64,000 nt of DNA. It comes from Desulfobacterales bacterium (GTDB lineage: Bacteria; Desulfobacterota; Desulfobacteria; Desulfobacterales; UBA5852). How positions within the stretch are numbered: position 1 is the stretch's first letter; every line of letters begins with the position of its first letter. A model generated the notes under the pieces. That model was not told the origin of the DNA. It saw nothing but the letters and a program-made list of their open reading frames with translations, and did no database searches. Below are positions 41,572-50,480 of the stretch, piece after piece. Location of the stretch: positions 1,472,001 through 1,536,000 of the forward strand of contig CAXXVS010000003.1 of the NCBI GenBank assembly GCA_963674755.2, given 5' to 3'. The translations under genes and the position numbers were made by a program.

Positions 41572-42396
41572 ATGAAATGGGCCCCCGAAGCGGAAAAGGC
41601 TATCAGAAAAGTCCCCTTTTTTGTACGTAAGCGCGTGCGGGCCAGAGTCGAGCGCGAAGCCGCGGCCGCGGGTAAGCCGGTGGTGACCCTGGCGGAGGTC
41701 CAGGCCACCCAGCGGTGCTACCTGAACACGATGGAAACGGAGATGCTCGGCTACCAGCTGGACAATTGTTTCGGACCCAGCGGATGCCCCAACCGCGCCG
41801 TCGAGAGCGATCAGCTTGTGCCGCGTATCCAGACCTTGCTGGAGGAGGCCGACCTGCTGGGATTCCTCAAGGACACCGTCCGCGGAAAACTGCGGTTTCA
41901 CCACGAGCTGCGGATTGCCGTGGCCGACTGTCCCAATGCCTGCTCACAACCCCAGATCAAGGATATCGGCGTCATCGGCGCCTGCCATCCAGGGGTGACC
42001 ACAAACGAATGCACCTGCTGCGGTGCCTGCGAGGCGGCCTGCCCCGAGGCGGCTGTCACGATCGATAACGCCGCGGCAGGGCCCTGCATTGCCGAACAAT
42101 GCATGGCCTGCGGCAAATGCGTGGCCGCCTGCCCCACCGGCACGCTGGCCGCCGGCTGTACCGGCTACCGCGTGCAATTGGGCGGCAAGTTGGGCCGCCA
42201 TCCGCGTTTGGCCGCCGAACTGCCGGGTATTTACGACGCTGATAGCGTGCTCGCCATCATCCGCGATTGCCTTGCCCTATACAAATCACGCAGCCGCAAC
42301 GGCCGGCGTTTCGCCGAACTGCTGACAGCGGCGGATATCGAGTGCTATGGACGCCACGGACGCTTCCCGGAGGAAGACGCCGTTAACCGATCCTGA
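41572..42396 (+). CDS. Nitrite/sulfite reductase-like 4Fe-4S domain protein with ferredoxin insert and N-terminal PCP_red-like domain
   Basis: WAPEAE..KVPFFVRKRVR; CFGPSGC, DCPNACSQPQIKDIG; CTCCGAC..CP, CMACGKC..CP; GGKLGRHP. Confidence 0.78.
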   Translation: MKWAPEAEKAIRKVPFFVRKRVRARVEREAAAAGKPVVTLAEVQATQRCYLNTMETEMLGYQLDNCFGPSGCPNRAVESDQLVPRIQTLLEEADLLGFLKDTVRGKLRFHHELRIAVADCPNACSQPQIKDIGVIGACHPGVTTNECTCCGACEAACPEAAVTIDNAAAGPCIAEQCMACGKCVAACPTGTLAAGCTGYRVQLGGKLGRHPRLAAELPGIYDADSVLAIIRDCLALYKSRSRNGRRFAELLTAADIECYGRHGRFPEEDAVNRS

Positions 42397-42519
42397 ATTG
42401 ACTTGTCACGGCATGGCCTTATCCTGTGGGGCAGGGAACAGGCCCAACGCCTGCCATCAGGCCGGGAGGGCAGGGAACTGCCCCGGCCGGCAACAACCCT
42501 ATGGATCGGAGGAATCACC

Positions 42520-42690
42520 ATGAGAAATGTCGATAAACAAACCTTGAACTGCCTGAATTCGGAAAGGCAGCAATTGATCGATGAGGTCCGCCGCTGTGAT
42601 TTCTGCTCTGCGAACATGGAAGACCACAGCCGCTGTTACGAGGACGCGGCCCGCGAGAGCGGCGCACGTTCCAAGAGCTGTTTTATTTGA
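42520..42690 (+). CDS. Small Cys-rich hypothetical protein (56 aa)
   Basis: GGAGG RBS; MRNVDK..RCDFCS..HSRCY..KSCFI. Confidence 0.6.
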   Translation: MRNVDKQTLNCLNSERQQLIDEVRRCDFCSANMEDHSRCYEDAARESGARSKSCFI

Positions 42691-42727
42691 GCCGTGGTTG
42701 CGTCTAACCAGGCCAGCGGGATTCACC

Positions 42728-42758
42728 ATCGAAAGTCCGGCTATGCCGGACTTTCGAT
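42728..42758. terminator. Perfect 14-bp hairpin upstream of copZ-like gene
   Basis: ATCGAAAGTCCGGC-tat-GCCGGACTTTCGAT. Confidence 0.5.
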
Positions 42759-42798
42759 TTCCCAACGGGCCAGCGGACAGGGAAATCAGGAGGTCGCC

Positions 42799-43002
42799 AT
42801 GTCCAAACAAACATTTCATATCCCCAATATTTCCTGTGGTCATTGTGTCATGACCATCAAAAACGAATTAGGTGAACTGACGGGCGTCCAGTCGGTGGAC
42901 GGCACCCCGGATACCAAAACCGTGGTGGTCGAATGGGAGGCCCCGGCCTCGGAGGAGGCCATCCGCGACTGTCTGCGGGAAATCAATTACCCCGCCGAGT
43001 GA
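42799..43002 (+). CDS. Heavy-metal-associated (CopZ-like) chaperone
   Basis: IPNISCGHC HMA motif; AGGAGG RBS. Confidence 0.88.
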   Translation: MSKQTFHIPNISCGHCVMTIKNELGELTGVQSVDGTPDTKTVVVEWEAPASEEAIRDCLREINYPAE

Positions 43003-43437
43003 GTTCAAGCAGGGTCGTTGCGCCGTCCCCTGGCGGTATGGCCTCAGGCCAACGGTGCCATGAGTCCGGCGTGGTGGCTTGCGGCGACTGGAGCGGGGCG
43101 TTACCCCATTGCCCGCCGGGAGCCTGCCTACCTTACTGGATATGGGGCGGCGCCAGCGGCGTTTCATCCCGGTTTTTTTGGCCATGGTGTTCATCAGGAA
43201 TTTGGTATGGACGCCCCCGTCCCCCGCTTCCAATGTTTCGACGCCCATGATTAAATTCCCTGGCCGACCGGCGCAAACCCAAGCATGAAGGCCAGCGATG
43301 GGCAGGATTCGGTTGACTTGCCCGCGCATCTCTATTTATATGGTCCGCACCGGAAATGGATGCCCATCGATGCTGTCAGTCGTTTTGATGAGAAGCGCCC
43401 TGGCGTGTAGTCTGCGCCTTTCACGGATTGCCGACGA

Positions 43438-44820
43438 ATGCTATTCAACTCTTACGTTTTTATCGGCCTGTTTCTGCCGGCCTGCCTGATCGTTTACTAC
43501 CTTTTTTACCGGAAAAGAACCGAGCGGCTTCTCGTCCTCCTGGTGGCGAGCTTCATCTTCTATGGTTATTGGGACTACCGTCTTTTGCCCTTGTTTGCCG
43601 GTTCCATATTAGGCAACTGGCTCATCGCCAAATGGTATTACCGCACAGCCCACAAATTCGCTATTCCGTTGGGCGTCTTTTTCAACGTTCTGCTGATTGC
43701 CATTTTTAAGTATGCGGATTTCCTGGCGGATTCCTTCGCCTACGTCACCGGGGCCAACCGGACGCCATGGGAGATCATCCTCCCCCTGGGGATCAGTTTC
43801 TTCACCTTTCAGCAGATTTCCTACCTGGTCGACCTGAAAAGAGCACGAGAAAATTTTCGCCCGTTGCACGAATACGCCCTGTACGTATCGTTTTTTCCGC
43901 AACTAATTGCCGGCCCCATCGTGCGGTGTTCGGAAATTGTGACCCAGTACGATCTCAACCCCATGCGCTCCGGTCTGTACGAGCGTCTCTCCAAGGGCTC
44001 CATGCTGTTTATTATCGGCCTGATGAAAAAGGTCTTTATCGCTGATCCGTTGGCGAGCACCGTGACGCCTATTTTTAACCATACCGCGGTTTCCGGGGCG
44101 GTATCGATGGCCGATGCGTGGCTGGCCAGCATCAACTATATGGCACAACTTTATTTCGATTTCTCCGGGTATTCGGACATGGCCGTGGGGCTCGGCCTCC
44201 TCTTTGGGTTTCAATTGCCCTTTAATTTCAACATTCCCTACATTTCCAAGTCGATCAGCGAGTTCTGGCTACGATGGCATTTGACCCTGTCCCGGTTTTT
44301 GCGGGATTATCTGTATATTCCGCTGGGCGGCAGCCGTCACGGTCTGCAACGGCAGATGCTGGCCCTGTTTATCACGATGTTCCTGGCCGGTTTATGGCAC
44401 GGGGCCGGCTGGGTCTATGCCGTGTTCGGCATCCTTCACGGATTGGCGCTTTGTATCAATCATTTGTGGCGCAAGGCCGGGTTCCGGCTCCCGACATTGC
44501 TGGCGTGGCTTACATTCATGATTTTTTTCATTACGTCACTGGCCATCTTTCGCTCTGCCAATATCGCTACTTCGCTGGTAATGGTGAAATCCATGTTTGG
44601 CCTGGATGGGTTTTCCTTTGCAACCAAAGGCGATTATAATGAAGGGTTATTGATTGCGGGTATTCTCATATCCATGGTGGGACCCACCAGCCAGGATGTG
44701 GTCCTTCGCGATCTACGCCCCTCCCCTCTGCTGGCAATAGCGATGTCGGCGGCGATGATCTATACGGTTTTGACGATTGGGAACCATGGCTATTCGGAAT
44801 TTATTTACTTTCAGTTCTGA
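43438..44820 (+). CDS. MBOAT-family O-acyltransferase (AlgI/DltB/PatA-like)
   Basis: MLFNS, LPLGISFFTFQ, FFPQLIAGPI, YFDFSGYSDMA, WHLTLS, GLWHGA, FIYFQF. Confidence 0.93.
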   Translation: MLFNSYVFIGLFLPACLIVYYLFYRKRTERLLVLLVASFIFYGYWDYRLLPLFAGSILGNWLIAKWYYRTAHKFAIPLGVFFNVLLIAIFKYADFLADSFAYVTGANRTPWEIILPLGISFFTFQQISYLVDLKRARENFRPLHEYALYVSFFPQLIAGPIVRCSEIVTQYDLNPMRSGLYERLSKGSMLFIIGLMKKVFIADPLASTVTPIFNHTAVSGAVSMADAWLASINYMAQLYFDFSGYSDMAVGLGLLFGFQLPFNFNIPYISKSISEFWLRWHLTLSRFLRDYLYIPLGGSRHGLQRQMLALFITMFLAGLWHGAGWVYAVFGILHGLALCINHLWRKAGFRLPTLLAWLTFMIFFITSLAIFRSANIATSLVMVKSMFGLDGFSFATKGDYNEGLLIAGILISMVGPTSQDVVLRDLRPSPLLAIAMSAAMIYTVLTIGNHGYSEFIYFQF

Positions 44821-45949
44821 GGACGGCTGGAAGTCTTACTGGAAAACCTTTCTGCTGACCGGCCTAAGCGTCACCCTGCTGATTTACGGGTCGTTTTATA
44901 TTATCGATCCTTATGACTGCTACCCGTTTTCCATCGAGGGCGAAAGGGTGCCGGTATCCAGCGACGCACGCTATTTTCACACCCTGCTGGCCCGCAGCGA
45001 CCGTTTCGACAGCGCCATCATCGGTGCCTCTACCAGCCGTAACCTGCAACCCCATCAACTGAATCCCCTTTTTCAGTCGGCGTTTGTTAACCTGGCCTTT
45101 AATTCGGCATCGGCCTACGAGCAGGACCGGATGCTCGATCTTTTCATCCGTCACCATGCCAACGTCAAAACCATCATCTGGGGTTTGGACATGGTCTGGT
45201 ACACGACCCAGGATGAGTATCGCCGGTTCACTAGACCAGACGAAGATTTTCCGGAGTGGCTCTATCTACCGGATGCCGACCGCTGGAAGCAGCCCCTGGC
45301 GTTTAATCTGAAAAATATCGAACACAGTTTCAATCAACTCTTGTTCATGCTGGGCCTTAAACAGTTCGAATATGGGTTGGACGGTTTCACGCCTTATCAC
45401 AGGAGGAAACCAATGACATTGGAGCAAAAACGGATGAGGATCTATGGCTCAAAGTCGCCCAAGGTGAAAAAGGCTGTTTATCCTCCGACGGTGTTGTCAC
45501 CGGAAAAGCTGGCCAGCCTCGTTTTCCCGGCGGAGGTGATCCTGAAGGCCGGTCTGGACCGCCTCCCGGATCGAACGGAAAAAATCCTTTTTTTCCCGCC
45601 CTACCACTATTATCACCAACCTGCGGAGGGCAGCCGTGAGGCGCTCGTCCTGGCGGAATTTCAACGCCGGGTGGCCCGTTTGGCCGAGCGTTACCATAAT
45701 ATTTACGTCTTGGATTTTATGATCCGATCGCCTTTCACCACCAACGATGATTTATATTTCGATAATATCCACACCACCCCGAAAGGCGGCCTGGAACTGG
45801 GCGATCAATTGTTTCAAGCAACCCAGCACGACGACCGGCCGGATAGTCGTGTATTATACCGGGTGCACCCACCGAAAAGCGCCCCCAGCGATCATCAACT
45901 GAAAGCCAGCTTCCGCAAAAACGGCGCTCTTTCCCGGAAGTCCCCCTGA
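44786..45949 (+). CDS. Membrane-anchored SGNH-like partner of the MBOAT (acyl-transfer accessory); start uncertain
   Basis: N-terminal TM then DPY, IIGASTS, NLAFNSA, C-terminal DNIH (DxxH); overlaps MBOAT stop. Confidence 0.65.
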   Translation: MAIRNLFTFSSEDGWKSYWKTFLLTGLSVTLLIYGSFYIIDPYDCYPFSIEGERVPVSSDARYFHTLLARSDRFDSAIIGASTSRNLQPHQLNPLFQSAFVNLAFNSASAYEQDRMLDLFIRHHANVKTIIWGLDMVWYTTQDEYRRFTRPDEDFPEWLYLPDADRWKQPLAFNLKNIEHSFNQLLFMLGLKQFEYGLDGFTPYHRRKPMTLEQKRMRIYGSKSPKVKKAVYPPTVLSPEKLASLVFPAEVILKAGLDRLPDRTEKILFFPPYHYYHQPAEGSREALVLAEFQRRVARLAERYHNIYVLDFMIRSPFTTNDDLYFDNIHTTPKGGLELGDQLFQATQHDDRPDSRVLYRVHPPKSAPSDHQLKASFRKNGALSRKSP

Positions 45950-46009
45950 CGCAACCGTTCCCGGATTCCATCTTCCCCTTCTGCCCGCGATGTCCCCATC
46001 GGGAAAATT

Positions 46010-46037
46010 TGTAACCAAAAAGGGCGATAGCGGTCTA
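46010..46037 (+). promoter_or_regulatory. ECF sigma-type promoter
   Basis: TGTAACC-N15-GGTCTA upstream of the small ORF/ECF/anti-sigma operon. Confidence 0.6.
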
Positions 46038-46206
46038 TATCCCTGTTATGGCAACATTCGTTTTATAGAGAAGGGCCTTTCCCATTCCTGGACATCCTGC
46101 ATCGGGCCGCCGTGAGGCTTTTTCTCCTGATGGGGTTCTGGGGCCTGGACACCAAAAAACGGTGGACAAAACTACGCCAAATCATTATGGATAAGGAGTT
46201 AATGCG

Positions 46207-46374
46207 ATGGGAGAATTATTGCTGCCGCTGATTGTGCTGGGCGTGTGGTTCGTGCTGCAAATCTATATCCTGCCCAAATTCGGCGTCTCGACGTGAATGC
46301 GCAATGCTTGTCAGTTGACAAGCAAGGATGAGCCGACAGGAGACCATGAAGGGGAAGACCACCGTACGGGATGA
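46207..46374 (+). CDS. Putative small single-TM selenoprotein (55 aa, in-frame TGA 46294-46296); 29 aa if TGA is a stop
   Basis: AAGGAG RBS; MGELLLPLIVLGVWFVLQIYILPKFGVST-TGA-MRNACQLTSKDEPTGDHEGEDHRTG; SECIS-like hairpin 3' of TGA. Confidence 0.62.
46305..46324 (+). promoter_or_regulatory. Bacterial SECIS-like stem-loop
   Basis: TGCTTGTC-AGTT-GACAAGCA, 8-bp perfect stem, GU in loop, 16 nt between TGA and loop. Confidence 0.6.
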
Positions 46375-46960
46375 GGATTTCGAACTGGTCCAGGCCATCA
46401 ACAGCGGCCGGACCGAGCTGTTTTCAAAGCTGGTGGAGAAATACCAGCAAAAGCTCTACAATTTCGGTATGCGCATGTGTGGGGAACCCCGCGATGCGGA
46501 AGATCTCGTCCAGGAGACCTTTCTGACGGTCTATCGCTACTTGAGCGGGTTTCGCTATGAAACCAAATTCAAGAACTGGATGTACCGGGTCGCCACCACG
46601 ACGTGCATCAAAGCCAAACGCAAGCCCAAACATGCCCCGGATTACGAATTGTCGCTGGAGGATTATTTGCCTGGCGAGGGGGAGGATCTCCCCGACCAGG
46701 CTCCCGGCTGGGCCCAGCGCCCTCTGGACCAGCTTTTGAACGAAGAACTGGCCCGCCGCATCGAACAGGCGGTCTTAGAATTACCCAAAAAATACCGCAT
46801 GGTGGCGGTGTTAAGAGATCAGGAGGGCTTTTCCACCGAAGAAACCGCTCAGATACTCGACATCTCCGTAGCCAACACCAAGGTCCGTTTGCATCGGGCC
46901 CGCCTTTTCCTGCGGGAGAAACTCAAAGGATATTTCGATCATGAGCCAACACCGGCATGA
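46346..46960 (+). CDS. ECF RNA polymerase sigma factor
   Basis: DAEDLVQETFL, FKNWMYRVA (region 2); LPKKYR..FSTEETAQIL..TKVRLHRAR (region 4); AGGAG RBS. Confidence 0.94.
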   Translation: MKGKTTVRDEDFELVQAINSGRTELFSKLVEKYQQKLYNFGMRMCGEPRDAEDLVQETFLTVYRYLSGFRYETKFKNWMYRVATTTCIKAKRKPKHAPDYELSLEDYLPGEGEDLPDQAPGWAQRPLDQLLNEELARRIEQAVLELPKKYRMVAVLRDQEGFSTEETAQILDISVANTKVRLHRARLFLREKLKGYFDHEPTPA

Positions 46961-47195
46961 CCATCACAATTGCATGGCGTTGTTCGAGAAGATGTCGGAG
47001 TATATCGATCGTGAACTGAGCGCTGAGGACCGGGCCCAGGTCGAAGCCCACATTCGGGCCTGCTGCCAGTGCCAGGCCTGCTACGAGACGCTGCAGCGCA
47101 CGGTGGACCTGTGCCGCTCGTCTACCCAGGATTACCCCATGCCCGACACCCTTACCGCCAAGCTGCGCGCGTTGATCGAAGCGGGTGGTCACTGA
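46941..47195 (+). CDS. Soluble zinc-binding anti-sigma factor (zf-HC2/ZAS)
   Basis: C..MSEYIDREL..EAHIRACCQC (HxxxCxxC); no TM; overlaps sigma gene. Confidence 0.9.
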   Translation: MSQHRHDHHNCMALFEKMSEYIDRELSAEDRAQVEAHIRACCQCQACYETLQRTVDLCRSSTQDYPMPDTLTAKLRALIEAGGH

Positions 47196-47317
47196 GGTCT
47201 ATGCGCCATCGGCAGGTTATCCCAAGCCCACCCCCTGGGATGTTTTTGGGGCCTGCTTTTCGCCACGGCCTTAAGGCCTCTTATCGATTGGTTCCGGGAT
47301 TGGCGGCTGAGAGGGAT

Positions 47318-48079
47318 TCAGGTCCCGGAGCGTTCCACCAGAATTTTCGCCGCTTCTTCGGTGCTGAGGGAGAGGCGGTAACCCCGCACCTTGATGTCGA
47401 TGGCACCGGTATCGGTGTCGGTCCGCAGGACTTCCACGATCCCGCCGGGCGTGATTTCCAGATCGGCCAGCTTTTTGCTGATTCCCCCCCGGCCCCTGAT
47501 TTTGACGATCTTGCCGCGTTGATGGCGGCGCAGGTCGTTCAGGGGGATGGTGTCCAGCTGGTCCCCCTCGATATCCTTCTGGCGTTGCCTTAGGTCTTCG
47601 AGACAGCGGGCCAGGGAATCCTGGCAGGTGACAGCGCCTTCCTGGCGGCAGTGATTGTTGAAGCCCTGGATCAGACTTTCACCGCCCCGGGGACAGATTT
47701 CGATAAATTCCACGAACCGGATGAGACGGTCCAGAATGGTGCGGGATACGGCATGCTCCATTTTGCATGCGGCCTCCGAAGCCTCGGCTTTGTCGACGCA
47801 GAGTACTTTGGTGAAGAAGTCCATCAGGGCTTCATGCCGTCGGACCACGTCTTCGGCGTGTTTGTGTCCCTTGGAAGTCAGGGTGATGACATCATAAGGG
47901 GCGTAATTGATGTAGCCCCTCTCGGAGAGGGTGCGCAGGGCTCCGGTGACCGATGAATTATTGACACGCAGCCGTTTGGCGATGTCTTTGGCACGGGCGG
48001 CTTGTTTGGCCATGACAATGTGGTAAATTGCCTCCAGGTAATCTTCCATGCTCGCGCTGAGTTCGTCCACCGGGCTCAT
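47318..48079 (-). CDS. DtxR/MntR-family metal-dependent regulator with C-terminal FeoA domain
   Basis: SMEDYLEAIY, SSVTGAL, RRHE..EACKMEHA, FeoA-like KLADLEITPG. Confidence 0.92.
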   Translation of the reverse strand: MSPVDELSASMEDYLEAIYHIVMAKQAARAKDIAKRLRVNNSSVTGALRTLSERGYINYAPYDVITLTSKGHKHAEDVVRRHEALMDFFTKVLCVDKAEASEAACKMEHAVSRTILDRLIRFVEFIEICPRGGESLIQGFNNHCRQEGAVTCQDSLARCLEDLRQRQKDIEGDQLDTIPLNDLRRHQRGKIVKIRGRGGISKKLADLEITPGGIVEVLRTDTDTGAIDIKVRGYRLSLSTEEAAKILVERSGT

Positions 48080-48360
48080 GGCTCTTTTCCTCTATAGGGG
48101 TAAAAAATTTTGGCATTCCGAAGGTTACTTGATCGGACGATGACCTGTCAAATCCTTTCTATGATAGCCATTTGCCCGCCTTTGGCCCCGATCGCTTTCC
48201 GAGCGACCCTTGGCAGGAGTGGCGTTTAGTGTTAATTTGATGACGGTAAATTTCCGCGTGCGTGTTGCCGCGGCCGCTTTCGGGGTAGCGAGGCGCCCGA
48301 AGGGCGGACCGGCGGTTTCGGAATTTCTCCCCATTTTTTTCAACCGGCAAGGAGGACAGG

Positions 48361-48933
48361 TTGCGCAAGACAGTGATGATGTTGATGGCAGGACTAATGC
48401 TGGCGGTGGCGGGCAGTGCCTGGGCGGCCAGCCCGCGGGTCAAATTGGAAACCAGTATGGGGGTCATCGTGCTGGAGCTGGCGCCCCATCGGGCACCCAA
48501 GACGGTGGACAATTTCCTGCAGTATGTCAAAGACGGGTTTTACGACGGCACGATTTTTCACCGGGTGATCAAGGGCTTCATGATACAGGGCGGCGGTCTG
48601 ACGGAAGCCATGGAGACCAAGCCGACCCGGGCGCCCATCCCGAATGAGGCCGACAACGGCCTCAAAAACCGGCGGGGCAGTATTGCCATGGCGCGCACCG
48701 GCGATCCCCAATCGGCTACGGCCCAGTTTTTTATCAACACCGTCGACAACCCTGCGCTGAATTTCCGGGACAAGACTGTTCAGGGGTGGGGTTATTGCGT
48801 TTTCGGGCGGGTGGTGCAGGGCATGGATGTGGTCGATGCCATCGCCGGGGTTCATACGGGCCGGCGCGCGGGCTACCAGGATGTGCCGCGGAAACCTGTG
48901 CTGATCCAAAAGGCCACGCTTGTCACACCGTGA
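48361..48933 (+). CDS. ppiA: Periplasmic cyclophilin-type peptidyl-prolyl isomerase
   Basis: Signal peptide; FYDGTIFHRVIKGFMIQGGG, AMART, QFFIN. Confidence 0.9.
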   Translation: MRKTVMMLMAGLMLAVAGSAWAASPRVKLETSMGVIVLELAPHRAPKTVDNFLQYVKDGFYDGTIFHRVIKGFMIQGGGLTEAMETKPTRAPIPNEADNGLKNRRGSIAMARTGDPQSATAQFFINTVDNPALNFRDKTVQGWGYCVFGRVVQGMDVVDAIAGVHTGRRAGYQDVPRKPVLIQKATLVTP

Positions 48934-48994
48934 GATGCGGCGGCCGTTTTGACGGGATCGGACGATAGTTGGCCAGGAAAGCGACGGATGTTCC

Positions 48995-49894
48995 ATGATG
49001 ATGAAGCAGAAGAAGAGACAGGATAAAATCGGGCGCAACGACCCATGTCCCTGCGGGAGCGGGAAGAAATACAAAAATTGCTGCATGGACCGATCGGCGC
49101 CCTCCCCCGATGCCTTTAGACAGCTTTACCAGAAACGTTACAATATCCGGTTGAAGACCCCCGCCGACGTCGAAAAGATCCGGCAGGCCGGCCAACTGGT
49201 CATGGCGACGTTCAAAGAGGTGGAGGCGGTGCTGCGACCCGGCCTCGTCACCGACGAGATCAATACCATCGTGCACGACTTCACGATTCGCCACGGGGCG
49301 ACGCCGGCACCGTTGAACTACCGCGGTTTTCCCAAAAGCGTCTGCGTTTCCATCAACGAGGTGATCTGCCACGGCATTCCCGGCCCGCGGGAGCTCAAGG
49401 ACGGCGATATCGTCAATATCGATATCACCTCCATCCTGGACGGCTACTATGCGGATGCCAACCAGACCTATTTTATTGGCACCCCCGGGGAAGACGCGCT
49501 GAAAATCGTGCGGGTGGCGCGGATCTGCCTGAAAGAGGGCCTGGCCATGGTGCGTCCCGGCAACAGCATCGGCGATATCGGCTGGGCCATTCAGCAATAC
49601 GCCGAAAGTCAGGGCTGTTCCGTGGTGCGTGAATTCGTAGGCCACGGCGTGGGTTTCACTTTTCACGAAGCCCCCCAGGTGCCGCATTTCGGGCGCAGGA
49701 ACACCGGAGTACCCCTGGCCCCCGGCATGGTATTTACCGTGGAACCCATGATCAATCTGGGGGACCATCGGCTGCGTATCCTGGCGGATAAATGGACCGC
49801 GGTCACGGCCGACGGCGCTCTATCGGCCCAGTTCGAGCAGACGGTGCTGGTGACCGAGGACGGCTACGAAAGCCTGACCCCCTATGCGCTCTGA
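48995..49894 (+). CDS. map: Type I methionine aminopeptidase with N-terminal SEC-C motif
   Basis: GRNDPCPCGSGKKYKNCC; CVSINEVICHGIP, GHGVG..FHE, EPMIN, SAQFEQT. Confidence 0.95.
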   Translation: MMMKQKKRQDKIGRNDPCPCGSGKKYKNCCMDRSAPSPDAFRQLYQKRYNIRLKTPADVEKIRQAGQLVMATFKEVEAVLRPGLVTDEINTIVHDFTIRHGATPAPLNYRGFPKSVCVSINEVICHGIPGPRELKDGDIVNIDITSILDGYYADANQTYFIGTPGEDALKIVRVARICLKEGLAMVRPGNSIGDIGWAIQQYAESQGCSVVREFVGHGVGFTFHEAPQVPHFGRRNTGVPLAPGMVFTVEPMINLGDHRLRILADKWTAVTADGALSAQFEQTVLVTEDGYESLTPYAL

Positions 49895-49996
49895 ACCCAT
49901 GGCGCGGGCTCTGATGGGTCAGACCCGCATCCCGTTGGATCATACCGAACGGCAGGTTACGGTTTTGCGCTGTAAAACCGCCCGGAAAGGAGCCCC

Positions 49997-50467
49997 ATGA
50001 TTCAGGTGGATATCCCCGGATACCGGGAGCTGCAACTGACACAGCTCGTTATGGACTACAACGGTACCCTGGCCGTGGACGGCCAGTTGGAACCCGGTGT
50101 CAAGGAGGCGCTTGCGGCCTTGACCCCCCACATCGCGATCCATGTGATCACGGCCGATACTTTCGGCCGGGCGGCCTCGCAACTCAAGGATACGCCCACC
50201 GAACTGTCGATCCTGCCGCCGGGCCACCAGGATGTGGCCAAACGCGATTTCGTCAACCGGCTGGGCTGTGCCGGAACCGTTGCCGTGGGCAACGGCCGCA
50301 ACGACCGGCTGATGCTGCAAACTGCGGAATTGGGCATCGCCGTGATCCTGCGGGAGGGGGCCGCCGCCGGAACCCTGGCCGCTGCCGATATCGTCTGCCA
50401 TGGCATCCTGCCGGCCCTGGAACTCCTGTTACACCCCCTGCGACTCACCGCGACGTTGCGTTCATGA
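49997..50467 (+). CDS. HAD-family hydrolase (soluble P-type ATPase-like)
   Basis: DYNGTLAVDG, TADTFG, VGNGRND. Confidence 0.88.
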   Translation: MIQVDIPGYRELQLTQLVMDYNGTLAVDGQLEPGVKEALAALTPHIAIHVITADTFGRAASQLKDTPTELSILPPGHQDVAKRDFVNRLGCAGTVAVGNGRNDRLMLQTAELGIAVILREGAAAGTLAAADIVCHGILPALELLLHPLRLTATLRS

Positions 50468-50480
50468 GAAGGGAAATCCC

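Noticed and set aside
42688..42720. TGA of the small Cys-rich ORF is in frame with copZ, suggesting a Sec read-through fusion
   Set aside because: The following hairpin loop is only about 10 nt from the TGA, copZ has its own strong RBS, and the linker looks non-coding
48105..48126. Possible DtxR/MntR autoregulatory operator AAATTTTGGCATTCCGAAGGTT
   Set aside because: Only 14/22 self-complementary and no second copy seen
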